In this document: one piece after another, positions 10,753-21,236 of the stretch
Layout: the number at the start of each line of letters is the position of its first letter
Position numbering within the stretch: the first letter of the stretch is position 1
Origin: an uncultured virus (IMG/VR IMGVR_UViG_3300024297_000002)
Lineage: Duplodnaviria; Heunggongvirae; Uroviricota; Caudoviricetes
DNA length: 57,584 bases
Direction: 5' to 3' (one strand)
Virus record (IMG/VR): IMGVR_UViG_3300024297_000002
Translations under genes and position numbers: made by a program
Notes under the pieces: model-generated
What the model saw: only the letters and a program-made list of their open reading frames with translations
What the model was told of the DNA's origin: nothing
Database searches by the model: none

Positions 10753-10762
10753 ATATTATATT

Positions 10763-11338
10763 ATGAGCACATTCGGACAATATCTAACAGAATCAACGAA
10801 GCAATACGAGTATAGAATTAAAGTAGCAGGCGATATAGCAGACGACTTTAGTTCTCGTATGGAGCAGGCGTTGTCAAAATACGAAGTATCAAAACTTTCA
10901 GCAGGTAAAAAAACACCTATTCAAGAGCATCCATTAGATTTTCCAATGTTAAAAAATCATGAAGTACATATTTTTGATTTAACGACAAGTTATCCAGCAT
11001 CTCCAAGAGAGATAAAAGAATATCTAGCAGATTATATGAGAATGTCTCCAGCAATGATCATGGTTAAACACCCTGGTGCACCTGAAGAAGAATATCAAGC
11101 ACAAATGAATTCACAATCTGAATATAAAAATAAATTATTAGATATTGAAATGGGTTCAGCAAGTGATGTTAAGCCAGAAGATATGTTTGGCGACAAAGCA
11201 AACATGAGTTTGTTAAAAGAATTATTAAAAGGCAGAGAAGATAGATACCAAGTTGAAAAAGGTACAGACAACAAAACTCAAGAAACACAAAGTAAAGAGG
11301 ACGCACCAAGCGATTCGCCTTTAACTAAAAGGAAATAA
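10763..11338 (+). CDS. Hypothetical head-associated protein
   Basis: TAAATA 7 nt upstream; N-terminal F.QYLTES pattern typical of prohead-protease-processed proteins. Confidence 0.55.
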   Translation: MSTFGQYLTESTKQYEYRIKVAGDIADDFSSRMEQALSKYEVSKLSAGKKTPIQEHPLDFPMLKNHEVHIFDLTTSYPASPREIKEYLADYMRMSPAMIMVKHPGAPEEEYQAQMNSQSEYKNKLLDIEMGSASDVKPEDMFGDKANMSLLKELLKGREDRYQVEKGTDNKTQETQSKEDAPSDSPLTKRK

Positions 11339-11342
11339 CACT

Positions 11343-12689
11343 ATGGAAATGATTGACGTTTTAAAAAAACTAGAAGATATAGCAAGTAGCAGTCCAGAAG
11401 TTGCAAAAGCAATTGAAAGCACAGAAGCAATGAATCCAAAAGAAGTTGACGAGAATGCTGTTCAAAGCGATAAAAGTGTATCACAAAACGATCAAGAAGT
11501 TTCAGAAGAAGTAGCAGATAAAATTAACGAATATAAAGTTGGCAGTTACAAAGATTTTTTATCTGGAAAAGGTATAGACATTTACAAACTAAAAGGCGAC
11601 GAACACGTTAAGTATGCAAAAATGTACAGAGATGCAAAAGCACAATCAGATCAAGATGCAACTGCACACAAAGGATCAGAAGATCATAAAACTTATACAC
11701 CATCATCAGCAAACTCTCCGGCAAAAGTAGAAGACGAAACTAACGAAGGCGGAATGAGTGACATACACATAGGCGCTCAAGAGGCACTAGGTGAATACAT
11801 GGACGATGATGGAAATTTAACAGCACCAAAAAGAGATGTTGTTGCGGCACTAGTTAAAAAATCAAAAGAAGAACCTTTCCCAGCAAGTTACGAATATGAA
11901 ACTGCGGCAAGAATGGCGGCGGATGATTTTGATGACAGCGGTGAAAGAAAAGCAGAAATGGAACCTGCTATGGACTCAGAGCAAGTTGCTGACGAAGGCA
12001 ATGCATTTGCACAAGCAGTACAACAAGCCAAAGCATCGGGCATGAAAAAAGGCGACAAGTTTAAAGTTGGAGACGAAGAGCACACATTAAGAGATAGCGA
12101 CTTTGAAGAGGTAAATACTTCTACAATGAAAACAGAAGACAAAAAATCAGTAAACGAAGCAATTCAAATATCAACAGATTCTCCAGAAGAAGCAGGAATT
12201 ATGATGAAAATTTTAAAACTTGCAGGTGTACAACAAGTAACACCAGACATGATGGGACACGACCATGACAACGACGGAGAACAAGATCATTCACCGGAAG
12301 AGCATGATAGCGAAATGCCAATGGACAAAATGAGAGATATGATACAGCAATCTCAAGAAGAAGAAACTGCTGAAGAAGACTTTGCTAACAGTCCAGATGA
12401 GAAACATCAAGACACAGAGTATATGCTTAACAAACTTGCTGGTGGTTTAAACAAACCTAAACAACAAGTAAGAAAAGAATATCCTGGAGATAATCCATTA
12501 GCAGTTGAAGATACAGTTACTGAACAGGATCTAGCAAATAGTTTAAGAAGCCAATACGAAGGTTTCAAAAAATCATATCAAGAAGCGACAAAAGTTGCTG
12601 AAGCAAAACCAGACTTTTTAGATATGGACAAAGATGGCGATAAAAAAGAACCAATGAAAAAAGCCATCAAAGACAAAGAAGCAAAGTAA
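11343..12689 (+). CDS. Acidic prohead core/scaffold-like protein
   Basis: Very Glu/Asp-rich; repeated (V/I)xE motifs; DxDxDG motifs. Confidence 0.55.
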   Translation: MEMIDVLKKLEDIASSSPEVAKAIESTEAMNPKEVDENAVQSDKSVSQNDQEVSEEVADKINEYKVGSYKDFLSGKGIDIYKLKGDEHVKYAKMYRDAKAQSDQDATAHKGSEDHKTYTPSSANSPAKVEDETNEGGMSDIHIGAQEALGEYMDDDGNLTAPKRDVVAALVKKSKEEPFPASYEYETAARMAADDFDDSGERKAEMEPAMDSEQVADEGNAFAQAVQQAKASGMKKGDKFKVGDEEHTLRDSDFEEVNTSTMKTEDKKSVNEAIQISTDSPEEAGIMMKILKLAGVQQVTPDMMGHDHDNDGEQDHSPEEHDSEMPMDKMRDMIQQSQEEETAEEDFANSPDEKHQDTEYMLNKLAGGLNKPKQQVRKEYPGDNPLAVEDTVTEQDLANSLRSQYEGFKKSYQEATKVAEAKPDFLDMDKDGDKKEPMKKAIKDKEAK

Positions 12690-12719
12690 ACCCAATAACA
12701 AATACGTTTAAATAAGCAT

Positions 12720-13478
12720 ATGAGTTTAAAAAAACTTATGGCTGATAATTCGTTTGCACTAGTGAATAACACTATGTGGATAGGAATTCCTAAGGTTGCA
12801 ACATCGAGTCTGTATCCTGTTTTTAAAAATGTATCTACAACATATTACAATGACAACGAAGAATTTCTGAACAATAGTAAAAATAATAACATAAACAAAC
12901 TTTGGTGTATATGGAGAGATCCATGGGAAAGATGGCTTTCTGCTGTAATACAAGATTACGAGTATAAATTTGATTTAGGCATTGTTCGTAACGGAGTTAA
13001 GCAACATAGAGACCTCACAGACAAAGAACTATCAGAACTTTATAATGAATTAACGATCGACTGGAAGTTTAGTCATTTAAATTTAAAAAACAGAAAATTT
13101 CAACACAGCGGAATTTATCTTGCAAGGTATATTACATTGTTATGGAAATTAATTAATGAAAGATTTAATTGCCAAGAAATATCATTTTATACTTTACCAA
13201 AAATTGAAATAGCAATAAAAGAAAATCTTAACATAGAATTAGATATTCCAAAATTAAATGTGTCAAATGTAGAAAATACACATAGACTTGGGGTATTGTT
13301 AAAAGAAAAAGACTTTTATGGTCATTGGAAAAATCAATATCAAGAAGATTTAAATTTAAACAAAGTTATTGATAAAAATAAAAGAAGCACTAGATTTGGT
13401 TATGATTATTGGAATAATAATATTTTATATGTCAATAAATCTAGATATAATAAAATTCCAATAGGAAAAATGCAGTAA
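12720..13478 (+). CDS. Sulfotransferase family protein
   Basis: IPKVATSS (5'-PSB-like) and RDPWERWLSA (3'-PB-like) motifs. Confidence 0.7.
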   Translation: MSLKKLMADNSFALVNNTMWIGIPKVATSSLYPVFKNVSTTYYNDNEEFLNNSKNNNINKLWCIWRDPWERWLSAVIQDYEYKFDLGIVRNGVKQHRDLTDKELSELYNELTIDWKFSHLNLKNRKFQHSGIYLARYITLLWKLINERFNCQEISFYTLPKIEIAIKENLNIELDIPKLNVSNVENTHRLGVLLKEKDFYGHWKNQYQEDLNLNKVIDKNKRSTRFGYDYWNNNILYVNKSRYNKIPIGKMQ

Positions 13479-13487
13479 ATACAATAT

Positions 13488-15083
13488 ATGGCGTACGTAT
13501 CATTAGATTCTGATCAAATAAAAAAAGCAAATAAAAAGCACAAATATACTCATGACCAAGTAATACATCTTGAAAAGTGTATGGATCCTAAGTCCGGGCC
13601 TTTGTACTTTATGAAAAAATTTATGCAGATACAACACCCAACAAAAGGATCTATTCCTTTTGAGCCATTCCCTTACCAAGAAAGATTAATCGAAAGTTAT
13701 AACAAGCATAGATTTTCAATTGCTATGTTACCTAGACAAACAGGAAAGACTACCTGTGCCTCTGGTTTCCTAATTTGGTATGCTATGTTTAAACCAGATT
13801 CACAAATACTAATTGCGGCACACAAATACGCAGGAGCATCAGACATTATGTCGAGGGTGCGTTATGCTTATGAGATGTTGCCAGCATGGATAAAAGCAGG
13901 TGTAACACAGTACAACAGAAACAGTATAGAATTTGACAACGGTTCAAAAATAATGGCAACCACAACAACTGAAAACACAGGACGGGGTATGTCCTTAACA
14001 TTAATATATTGTGATGAGTTCGCTTTCGTACAACCACCCGACAAGGCCAAAGAGTTTTGGACATCACTGTCACCAACATTGAGTACAGGTGGTAAATGTA
14101 TGATAACAAGCACACCCAACTCAGACGAAGATCAATTTGCATTAATCTGGAAAGAAGCCAATAAGAGATTTGACGATTACGGCAACGACAACACCGTAGG
14201 TACTAACGGTTTCTATGCCATGAAAGCACACTGGTCGGAACATCCTGATAGAGATGAAGCATGGGCAGAAGCAGAAAAGGCCAGAATTGGAACAGAAAGA
14301 TTCAGACGAGAGCACGAATGTGAATTCTTAATATTTGATGAAACTCTTATTTCATCAACACAGTTAGTAGAAATGGAAGGCAACGAACCAATGCAAACAA
14401 TGGGACAAGTTAGATGGTGGAAGAAACCAGATCCTAAAATGACTTACATGGTTGCATTAGATCCTGCTATGGGTACTGGTGGAGATTTTGCGGCGATACA
14501 AGTATTTGAATTACCTACGTTTGAGCAAGTAGGAGAATGGCATCACAACACAACTCCAATGAATCAACAAGTAAGAATATTACAAAGTATCACAAAACAC
14601 ATCAATGACTCAATGTTAGAGCAAGATTCATCTGCTAATCCTTCAATATTTTATTCTATGGAAAATAATACTGTAGGTGAAGCGGCACTATTAAGAGTAA
14701 TGGATATCGGTGAAGAAAATATACACGGACAATTTTTATCAGAGCCAATAAGAAAAGGACACAGAAGAAAATTTAGAAGAGGATTTAATACAACAGCAAA
14801 ACATAAAATTGATGCTTGTACTAAATTTAAAGAACTTATCGAAAACAACAAAATGGTTATAAACAGTAAACCATTAATATCAGAACTAAAAGATTTTGTT
14901 GCAACAGGAGTATCATTTAAAGCAAAACCAGGACAACACGATGATCTTGTTAGTGCTTGTTTAATAATGACACGTATGATGAAAGTATTAGCAGATTTTG
15001 ATCCTAAAATTTTTGAGAAATGGACCAACAGAGACGGCGATTATACAGCACCAATGCCTATATTTGCCAACTTAGGAATATAA
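13488..15083 (+). CDS. terL: Terminase large subunit (gp17)
   Basis: PRQTGKTT Walker A, IYCDEFAF Walker B, ITSTPN, nuclease-domain DPA and HDDLV. Confidence 0.97.
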   Translation: MAYVSLDSDQIKKANKKHKYTHDQVIHLEKCMDPKSGPLYFMKKFMQIQHPTKGSIPFEPFPYQERLIESYNKHRFSIAMLPRQTGKTTCASGFLIWYAMFKPDSQILIAAHKYAGASDIMSRVRYAYEMLPAWIKAGVTQYNRNSIEFDNGSKIMATTTTENTGRGMSLTLIYCDEFAFVQPPDKAKEFWTSLSPTLSTGGKCMITSTPNSDEDQFALIWKEANKRFDDYGNDNTVGTNGFYAMKAHWSEHPDRDEAWAEAEKARIGTERFRREHECEFLIFDETLISSTQLVEMEGNEPMQTMGQVRWWKKPDPKMTYMVALDPAMGTGGDFAAIQVFELPTFEQVGEWHHNTTPMNQQVRILQSITKHINDSMLEQDSSANPSIFYSMENNTVGEAALLRVMDIGEENIHGQFLSEPIRKGHRRKFRRGFNTTAKHKIDACTKFKELIENNKMVINSKPLISELKDFVATGVSFKAKPGQHDDLVSACLIMTRMMKVLADFDPKIFEKWTNRDGDYTAPMPIFANLGI

Positions 15084-15097
15084 CTAAATATAGTATT

Positions 15098-17020
15098 ATG
15101 ACAACAGAAGTACTATCTAACAACGTTTTTAACAAAATACGATCCAAATTTGGCGATGTACAATTAGGAGATACAGACGGAAACGTTACTGCTAATCCTA
15201 GTGAAGCAGTATTCTATGACTTTGAATACATGGAAGATTCAGACACATTTGGTAGAATGAGTATTTCACTAGCAGATGGTGAATCTATGAAAGTGTTCTA
15301 TAATAGAAATTTAACTGATAAAATAGACGAAGATAGTAAAGCAGAATTTTTTAGTTTTTTAAAAGAACTAAAAGACCTTGCTGTACAGCATCAATTGAAG
15401 TTCGATGTGCGTGATATTACGAAATCTAACCTATCTAGTCAGGATTTTAAGAATCTCGCAGATGCAAATCAAACGGTAAATACTGATGAAATGTCAGAAG
15501 AGATAAAAGAAATTACTAAATTAGCAGGCGTAGAAGTGAAAGAAAGTCTACGTGGAACTACTAAAAGTTCTTATGAAAATTTAGATAAAACAAGATTAAT
15601 AATCAGACACAAAGGCAAAGTTGACGAAACTGTACCTGGTGCAAGATCAAGACAAATACAATCATTGTATATTGAAAACAGTGATGGTGAAAGATACAAA
15701 TATCCACTAACTCATTTAGCAGGTGCAAGAGCAATGGTTAGACACGTTGCCAACGGTGGAAAACCACATGATGATTTTGGACAACATATTATACAAACAT
15801 CAGAAGATATTGCTAAACTAAATTCATTCTCAAGATATGCGGCAAATAAAGATCAACTAAATGATAACGCAAGTGACATCATTGATCAAACTAAAATGAA
15901 ATTAGAAAATTTAAGACAGTATGTTAGAAACATAGGAAAACAATCACACTATGATGAAACATTTAAAAACTTTAAAACAGCAGACGAGAGAGTTTTAGAT
16001 GACGAAACTAGAAACACATACAGAGAGAAATTCACATTAAAAACATTAGATGATAGAGTTGAAGAAGCACTTCCTTTAATACACAGCATTATGTCAGAAT
16101 ACAAAACAGATGATGAGCCAACAGATAAAGATGCAAAAGTTGAGCCACCAGTTGATCATGGAGCAATAGTACAAAGTTGGTTAACTAATCCTGACAATAA
16201 ATTGGTTTTAAGAAAAGATGACACAGCAGATAAAATGTTATCTGTAACAAAATTTAATAATAAAAATACTATGTTAGGTTCAATACTTTCAGATATCGCG
16301 GCTAGAATGATGTCTAAAGGAAATGAAGAAGACAGAGTGGCAAATTTTGCTTCTAGAGTTGCAGACGAAATTGAAAAAGAAGGAACACCTTTTGCTACAC
16401 ACGATCAGGACTATTTAAAAAATAAAAAAATTGCAGTAATGTTAGCAAAAAGATATATCGACGATTATAAAAAAATGAAATCAGATCCTGCTTATGGTGA
16501 TGAAGTGAGAGTTGATCCACAAGCATTTGCACCTAAAAAAGATAGACAAGGTAAAGCAAAAGAAACAGCAGAATTTGAAAGTTGGGTTAATAACATTGAC
16601 AAAGACGAAGAAGTAAGTTCAGAAAACAGAGCATCAGGTTCTCCAGCACACGATTGCGGACCAGACTGTAAAAAATACGGTTGCCAATGTGGTACTGACG
16701 AATCAGAAGCATTCGAAGGTGAGAAATTAACTTTTGAAGACATTAAACCATATGTGTCAATGTACAGAGATAAAGAAAACAATAATAAAATGATGCATGA
16801 TGTTTTAGATAAAGATGGTAATTCAGTATTCAAAACAGCAGACAGCAAAGCGGCAATGGCATTCCTTTCTAAAAACTTTGCTAAAATGAGATCAGGTGAA
16901 CTTAAAGGTGAACCAAAAAAAGAAGATGCATCAGACCAAGAAATAGCAAAAGACCAAGTAGAAGCAGAGAAGATCAATACAGAAGTAGATAGAATCAAAG
17001 AACTCGCTAACCTATCATAA
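15098..17020 (+). CDS. Large hypothetical protein, probably head-internal
   Basis: Start moved to MTTEVL, 7 nt after TAAATA (15085-15090); repeated I.KLAG/I.ELAN motifs shared with 11343..12689. Confidence 0.6.
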   Translation: MTTEVLSNNVFNKIRSKFGDVQLGDTDGNVTANPSEAVFYDFEYMEDSDTFGRMSISLADGESMKVFYNRNLTDKIDEDSKAEFFSFLKELKDLAVQHQLKFDVRDITKSNLSSQDFKNLADANQTVNTDEMSEEIKEITKLAGVEVKESLRGTTKSSYENLDKTRLIIRHKGKVDETVPGARSRQIQSLYIENSDGERYKYPLTHLAGARAMVRHVANGGKPHDDFGQHIIQTSEDIAKLNSFSRYAANKDQLNDNASDIIDQTKMKLENLRQYVRNIGKQSHYDETFKNFKTADERVLDDETRNTYREKFTLKTLDDRVEEALPLIHSIMSEYKTDDEPTDKDAKVEPPVDHGAIVQSWLTNPDNKLVLRKDDTADKMLSVTKFNNKNTMLGSILSDIAARMMSKGNEEDRVANFASRVADEIEKEGTPFATHDQDYLKNKKIAVMLAKRYIDDYKKMKSDPAYGDEVRVDPQAFAPKKDRQGKAKETAEFESWVNNIDKDEEVSSENRASGSPAHDCGPDCKKYGCQCGTDESEAFEGEKLTFEDIKPYVSMYRDKENNNKMMHDVLDKDGNSVFKTADSKAAMAFLSKNFAKMRSGELKGEPKKEDASDQEIAKDQVEAEKINTEVDRIKELANLS

Positions 17021-17145
17021 TAAAACTTACATATTACCAATAATAGTAGTAGACAATTCATAAATATAGTAGTATATTATACGTAATGTCTGATATACAC
17101 TTAGGCACATTAAAACAAACATAGGCACACAAGGAGGCTTACATT

Positions 17146-18147
17146 ATGGCTACATTGGCTGAAATAAGAGCGAAGTTAAAAACACAAGAAGTGAATCGCT
17201 CCACTTCATCATCCGGCGGTGACAACGCAATTTACCCACATTGGAATATACAAGAAGGACAAGAAGCAGTTCTTAGGTTTTTACCTGATAAGGATACTGC
17301 TAATACGTTTTTCTGGACTGAAAGGAATATGATCAAACTACCTTTTGCAGGTATCAAAGGTCAAACAGATTCTAGACCAGTTCAGGTACAAGTACCGTGT
17401 ATGGAGATGTATGGTAAAACTTGCCCAGTACTAACAGAAGTTAGACCATGGTTCAAAGACAAGAGCATGGAAGACATGGGTAGAAAATATTGGAAAAAGA
17501 AAAGTTATATTTTCCAAGGTTTTGTTACAACGAATCCCCTAAACGAAGACACTCCACCTGAGAATCCAATTCGAAGATTTATAATTGGTCCTCAAATCTT
17601 TAACATCATCAGAAGTGCGTTACTTGATCCAGAAATGGAAGAGTTACCAACTGATTCTGTTAAAGGCGTAGACTTTAGAATCACTAAAACTTCTAAAGGT
17701 GGATATGCTGACTACTCAACATCAAAATGGTCAAGAAGAGAACGTGCATTAGATGAGGCAGAGAGAGCCGCAATCGAAACACATGGTTTACATAACCTAT
17801 CAGACTATAGACCTAAAGAACCAACCGAAGCAGAAGTAAAAATAATTAAAGAATTATTTGAAAAATCTGTTGATGGAGAGGCTTATGATCTTGAGAAATA
17901 CGGTCAATATTTTAGACCTGCAGGAACTTCTGCACCTAGAGTATCTACACCAGTAGCAAGTGAACCGGCAACAGCGGCACCAGTAACGGCACCTGTAACA
18001 GAAGCAGTAGCACAAACTACTGTTACTCCAGAGCCAGTCGCACCAGCGCCAGGAACAAATCTTACTCCAGAGGCTACTCCAAACGGAGATAGTGCCAAAA
18101 GAGCAGAAGATATCTTGAAACTGATAAGAAGCAGACAAAGTCAATAA
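17146..18147 (+). CDS. gp32: Single-stranded DNA-binding protein (gp32-like)
   Basis: LRFLP, PC....GKTCPV, GVDFRITK..KGGYADYSTSKW; AGGAGG SD. Confidence 0.9.
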   Translation: MATLAEIRAKLKTQEVNRSTSSSGGDNAIYPHWNIQEGQEAVLRFLPDKDTANTFFWTERNMIKLPFAGIKGQTDSRPVQVQVPCMEMYGKTCPVLTEVRPWFKDKSMEDMGRKYWKKKSYIFQGFVTTNPLNEDTPPENPIRRFIIGPQIFNIIRSALLDPEMEELPTDSVKGVDFRITKTSKGGYADYSTSKWSRRERALDEAERAAIETHGLHNLSDYRPKEPTEAEVKIIKELFEKSVDGEAYDLEKYGQYFRPAGTSAPRVSTPVASEPATAAPVTAPVTEAVAQTTVTPEPVAPAPGTNLTPEATPNGDSAKRAEDILKLIRSRQSQ

Positions 18148-18157
18148 TATAAAAAAT

Positions 18158-18196
18158 TACCAGACCCTGATTTTCAATTGACGGTCAGGGTCTAGT
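18158..18196. promoter_or_regulatory. Inverted repeat overlapping the putative uvsX -35 box
   Basis: AGACCCTGA...TCAGGGTCT arms around a TCAATTGA palindrome and TTGACG. Confidence 0.5.
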
Positions 18197-18217
18197 ATGT
18201 TAATATAAGGGATAAAG

Positions 18218-19279
18218 ATGACAAAAGTATTCGACGCAACAAAATTTAGAAAAAGTATTACAAAATCTATACAAGGATTAGGTATAGGATTTAGCGATCC
18301 TACAGATTGGATAAGCACAGGAAATTACGCATTAAACTATTTGATGACTGGTGACTTTAACAAAGGTATACCACTAGGTAAAGTAACAGTACTTGCTGGA
18401 GAATCCGGGGCAGGTAAATCGTATATTGCTTCAGGCAATGTAATTAAAAATGCACAGGAACAAGGTATATTTGTTATATTAATTGATTCTGAAAATGCAT
18501 TAGACGAAGCATGGTTACAAGCATTAAAAGTAGACACATCAGAAGATAAACTTTTAAAATTAAGTTTATCCATGGTAGATGATGTAGCAAAAACTATTTC
18601 GGAGTTTATGAAAGGCTACAAAGATCAACACGCAGACAACAAAGAAGATGCTCCAAAAGTATTATTTGTAATTGATTCGTTAGGTATGATGCTTACTCCA
18701 ACAGATGTAAATCAGTTTGAAGCAGGTGAAATGAAAGGTGACTTAGGTAGAAAACCCAAGGCATTGACGGCACTTGTAAGAAACTGTGTTAATATGTTTG
18801 GTAGTTGGAATGTAGGACTTATAGCAACCAATCACACATACGCATCACAAGATATGTTTGATCCAGATGATAAAATATCAGGAGGACAAGGATTTATCTA
18901 TGCATCAAGTATTGTTGTCGCAATGAAAAAATTGAAATTAAAAGAGGACGAAAAAGGCAACAAAGTTACAGATGTGAGAGGTATTAGAGCAGGTTGTAAG
19001 GTAATGAAAACAAGATATGCTAAACCGTTTGAAGCAGTACAAGTTAAAATTCCTTATGACACTGGTATGGATCCATACAGTGGATTAGTAGATCTTTTTG
19101 AAAAGAAAGGTGTATTAACACAGCAAGGAAACAGATTAAAATACGTTGATTCAAAAGGAAAGGAGCATTTAGACTTTAGAAAAGCCTGGACTGGAGATAA
19201 ATTAGATATGTTGATGTCTGATTTTGATAAATTATCTACAGCAACTAATGAAACAGTTGAACAACCAAAGGAAGACTAA
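18218..19279 (+). CDS. uvsX: RecA-like recombinase UvsX
   Basis: GESGAGKS Walker A, IDSENAL, VIDSLG, SGGQGFIYASS, KTRY. Confidence 0.95.
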   Translation: MTKVFDATKFRKSITKSIQGLGIGFSDPTDWISTGNYALNYLMTGDFNKGIPLGKVTVLAGESGAGKSYIASGNVIKNAQEQGIFVILIDSENALDEAWLQALKVDTSEDKLLKLSLSMVDDVAKTISEFMKGYKDQHADNKEDAPKVLFVIDSLGMMLTPTDVNQFEAGEMKGDLGRKPKALTALVRNCVNMFGSWNVGLIATNHTYASQDMFDPDDKISGGQGFIYASSIVVAMKKLKLKEDEKGNKVTDVRGIRAGCKVMKTRYAKPFEAVQVKIPYDTGMDPYSGLVDLFEKKGVLTQQGNRLKYVDSKGKEHLDFRKAWTGDKLDMLMSDFDKLSTATNETVEQPKED

Positions 19280-19519
19280 ATGGCAGAAATGACCCACGAA
19301 GATATCGAACGTATATGGAATTCATTTTCACACTATCTACCAGAAAGAAATAAATTAGACGGAGCAGTTGACTTTATTAACACATTAAGAGATATAGGTG
19401 TTGACGATAAAGAACTTAAAGCATCATCTGACTACGATCCTAAATTAGAAGAAGCAGTTGGTAATGTATTTGAAGATGACGAAGAGGATTCATATGACGA
19501 TGACGAATTGGTATACTAA
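19280..19519 (+). CDS. Hypothetical acidic protein
   Basis: ORF between uvsX and uvsY. Confidence 0.65.
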   Translation: MAEMTHEDIERIWNSFSHYLPERNKLDGAVDFINTLRDIGVDDKELKASSDYDPKLEEAVGNVFEDDEEDSYDDDELVY

Positions 19520-19961
19520 AGTAAGCAAAGATATCTCACTCATTCCAGAGTGTATTAATCACTATCAAACAGAATATCAACACGCACGAAAAGAATGTTC
19601 TATTTGGGGTAATTTAGAAAAAGCATCAGCATCAATGCCTGGTGTTGTTGAACAAAGGTTTAACCAACTACAAGAAATAGAAGCAATACTAGAATATCTA
19701 AATATTGAAAAAAGAAGACTTAGATCTAAGACTTTTAAAAAGTTTTTAGAAAACTATAACAGAGCATTAACTTCACGTGATGCTGACAAGTATGTCGATG
19801 GTGAAGCAGATGTTGTAGACTTAGAAAAAATTATTAATGAATTCGCATTATTAAGAAACCAATGGTTAGGCATCACCAAAGGATTAGACCAGAAACAATG
19901 GCAAATAACAAACATTGTTAAACTCAGAGTAGCGGGGATGGAAGATGCCACAATCAAATAG
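19500..19961 (+). CDS. uvsY: Recombination mediator UvsY-like
   Basis: Helical; ...KYVDGEADV...KGLDQKQWQITNIVKLRVAG; follows uvsX; start may be 19494. Confidence 0.8.
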   Translation: MTNWYTKVSKDISLIPECINHYQTEYQHARKECSIWGNLEKASASMPGVVEQRFNQLQEIEAILEYLNIEKRRLRSKTFKKFLENYNRALTSRDADKYVDGEADVVDLEKIINEFALLRNQWLGITKGLDQKQWQITNIVKLRVAGMEDATIK

Positions 19962-20565
19962 AATAATATTAACAGACGTTGACGGTGTACTGTTAGAATG
20001 GGAACATCATTTTACAAAATGGATGTTGCAACGAACACTGTTCGATGAGAGAGGTGCAAGATATCACCCGCATAGATTACTTCCAGACAAACAAAACACA
20101 TACGAAATGGCCGAAAGGTTTGGTGTAACCAAAGAACAAATAAGGAAAGAAATTAGAGAGTTTAATAGAAGTGCATGGATGGGTACGCAGAGACCAATGT
20201 TGGAATCACAAACATGGGTAAAATTGTTAGCGGCTGAGGGATGGACCTTTATACCAATAACATCACAGACATCTGACATACCAGCACAACAATTACGTAA
20301 GAGAAGAATGGGAGAACTGTTTGGCGATCATGTGTTTACAAACTATCATATCCTAGGCACAGGAGCAGACAAAGACGGTGCATTAGCGGAGTTTCATGAT
20401 ACTGGACTATATTGGGTTGAGGACAAACCTCACAACGCACTAGCAGGTCTTAAATACGGTTTAAAGCCTATATTAATCGACCACCCATACAACCGAGATT
20501 TTGAACATCCTGATATTATCCGTGTAAATAATTGGAAAGATATACACGGATTAATAGCAAGATGA
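19945..20565 (+). CDS. HAD-family 5'-nucleotidase-like phosphatase
   Basis: DVDGVL motif I, ITS, WVEDK..N, HPYN. Confidence 0.8.
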   Translation: MPQSNRIILTDVDGVLLEWEHHFTKWMLQRTLFDERGARYHPHRLLPDKQNTYEMAERFGVTKEQIRKEIREFNRSAWMGTQRPMLESQTWVKLLAAEGWTFIPITSQTSDIPAQQLRKRRMGELFGDHVFTNYHILGTGADKDGALAEFHDTGLYWVEDKPHNALAGLKYGLKPILIDHPYNRDFEHPDIIRVNNWKDIHGLIAR

Positions 20566-21236
20566 AAATATACGTAGGCCACGATAGTCGTGAAGACATA
20601 GCATATCAAGTATGCGAACACTCAATTAAAAGACGTGATCCATCAGCAGAAGTTATTCCTTTAAAACAAAAACAAATGCGTGACCAAGGATTGTATACTC
20701 GTCCTGTAGACAAGTTAGCATCAACAGAATTTACATTCACAAGATTTTTTGTTCCTTATCTAAACGACTTTAAAGGTTGGGCAGTGTTCTGTGATTGCGA
20801 TTTTCTTTGGAAGATTCCAAGCCATGAACTTGTAAAATATTGTGATCCATCTAAGGCAGTTGTAGTTGTACAGCATGATTACACACCCAAAGAAACAACT
20901 AAAATGGATGGTCAAACACAAACAGTGTACCCAAGAAAAAATTGGTCTAGCATGGTACTTTGGAACTGCGAACATCCTAAGAACAAAATACTAACACCAG
21001 AATTGTTAAACGAAGAGTCACCAAAATTCCTACACAGATTTAGTTGGTTAGATGACAATGAAATTGGATCTATGCCTGCAGAATACAATTGGTTAGTAGG
21101 TTGGTACAAAGAACCCAATGACGGGACTCCGAAAATATTACACTACACAGAAGGTGGACCGTGGTTTGATGGTTACCGAGACTGCGAGTATGGTGACGAC
21201 TGGAAAAAAGAATTAATAAATCTTTTTAGTTCGTAA
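20562..21236 (+). CDS. Glycosyltransferase (GT-A fold)
   Basis: YVGHDSRE, STEFTFTRF, DCDF, YPRKNWSS, HYTEGGPW; ATGA overlap defines the start. Confidence 0.85.
   Translation: MKIYVGHDSREDIAYQVCEHSIKRRDPSAEVIPLKQKQMRDQGLYTRPVDKLASTEFTFTRFFVPYLNDFKGWAVFCDCDFLWKIPSHELVKYCDPSKAVVVVQHDYTPKETTKMDGQTQTVYPRKNWSSMVLWNCEHPKNKILTPELLNEESPKFLHRFSWLDDNEIGSMPAEYNWLVGWYKEPNDGTPKILHYTEGGPWFDGYRDCEYGDDWKKELINLFSS

Noticed and set aside
16492..17061. 189-aa antisense ORF and similar nested antisense ORFs
   Set aside because: Shadows of biased codon usage on the coding strand; no motifs or start signals
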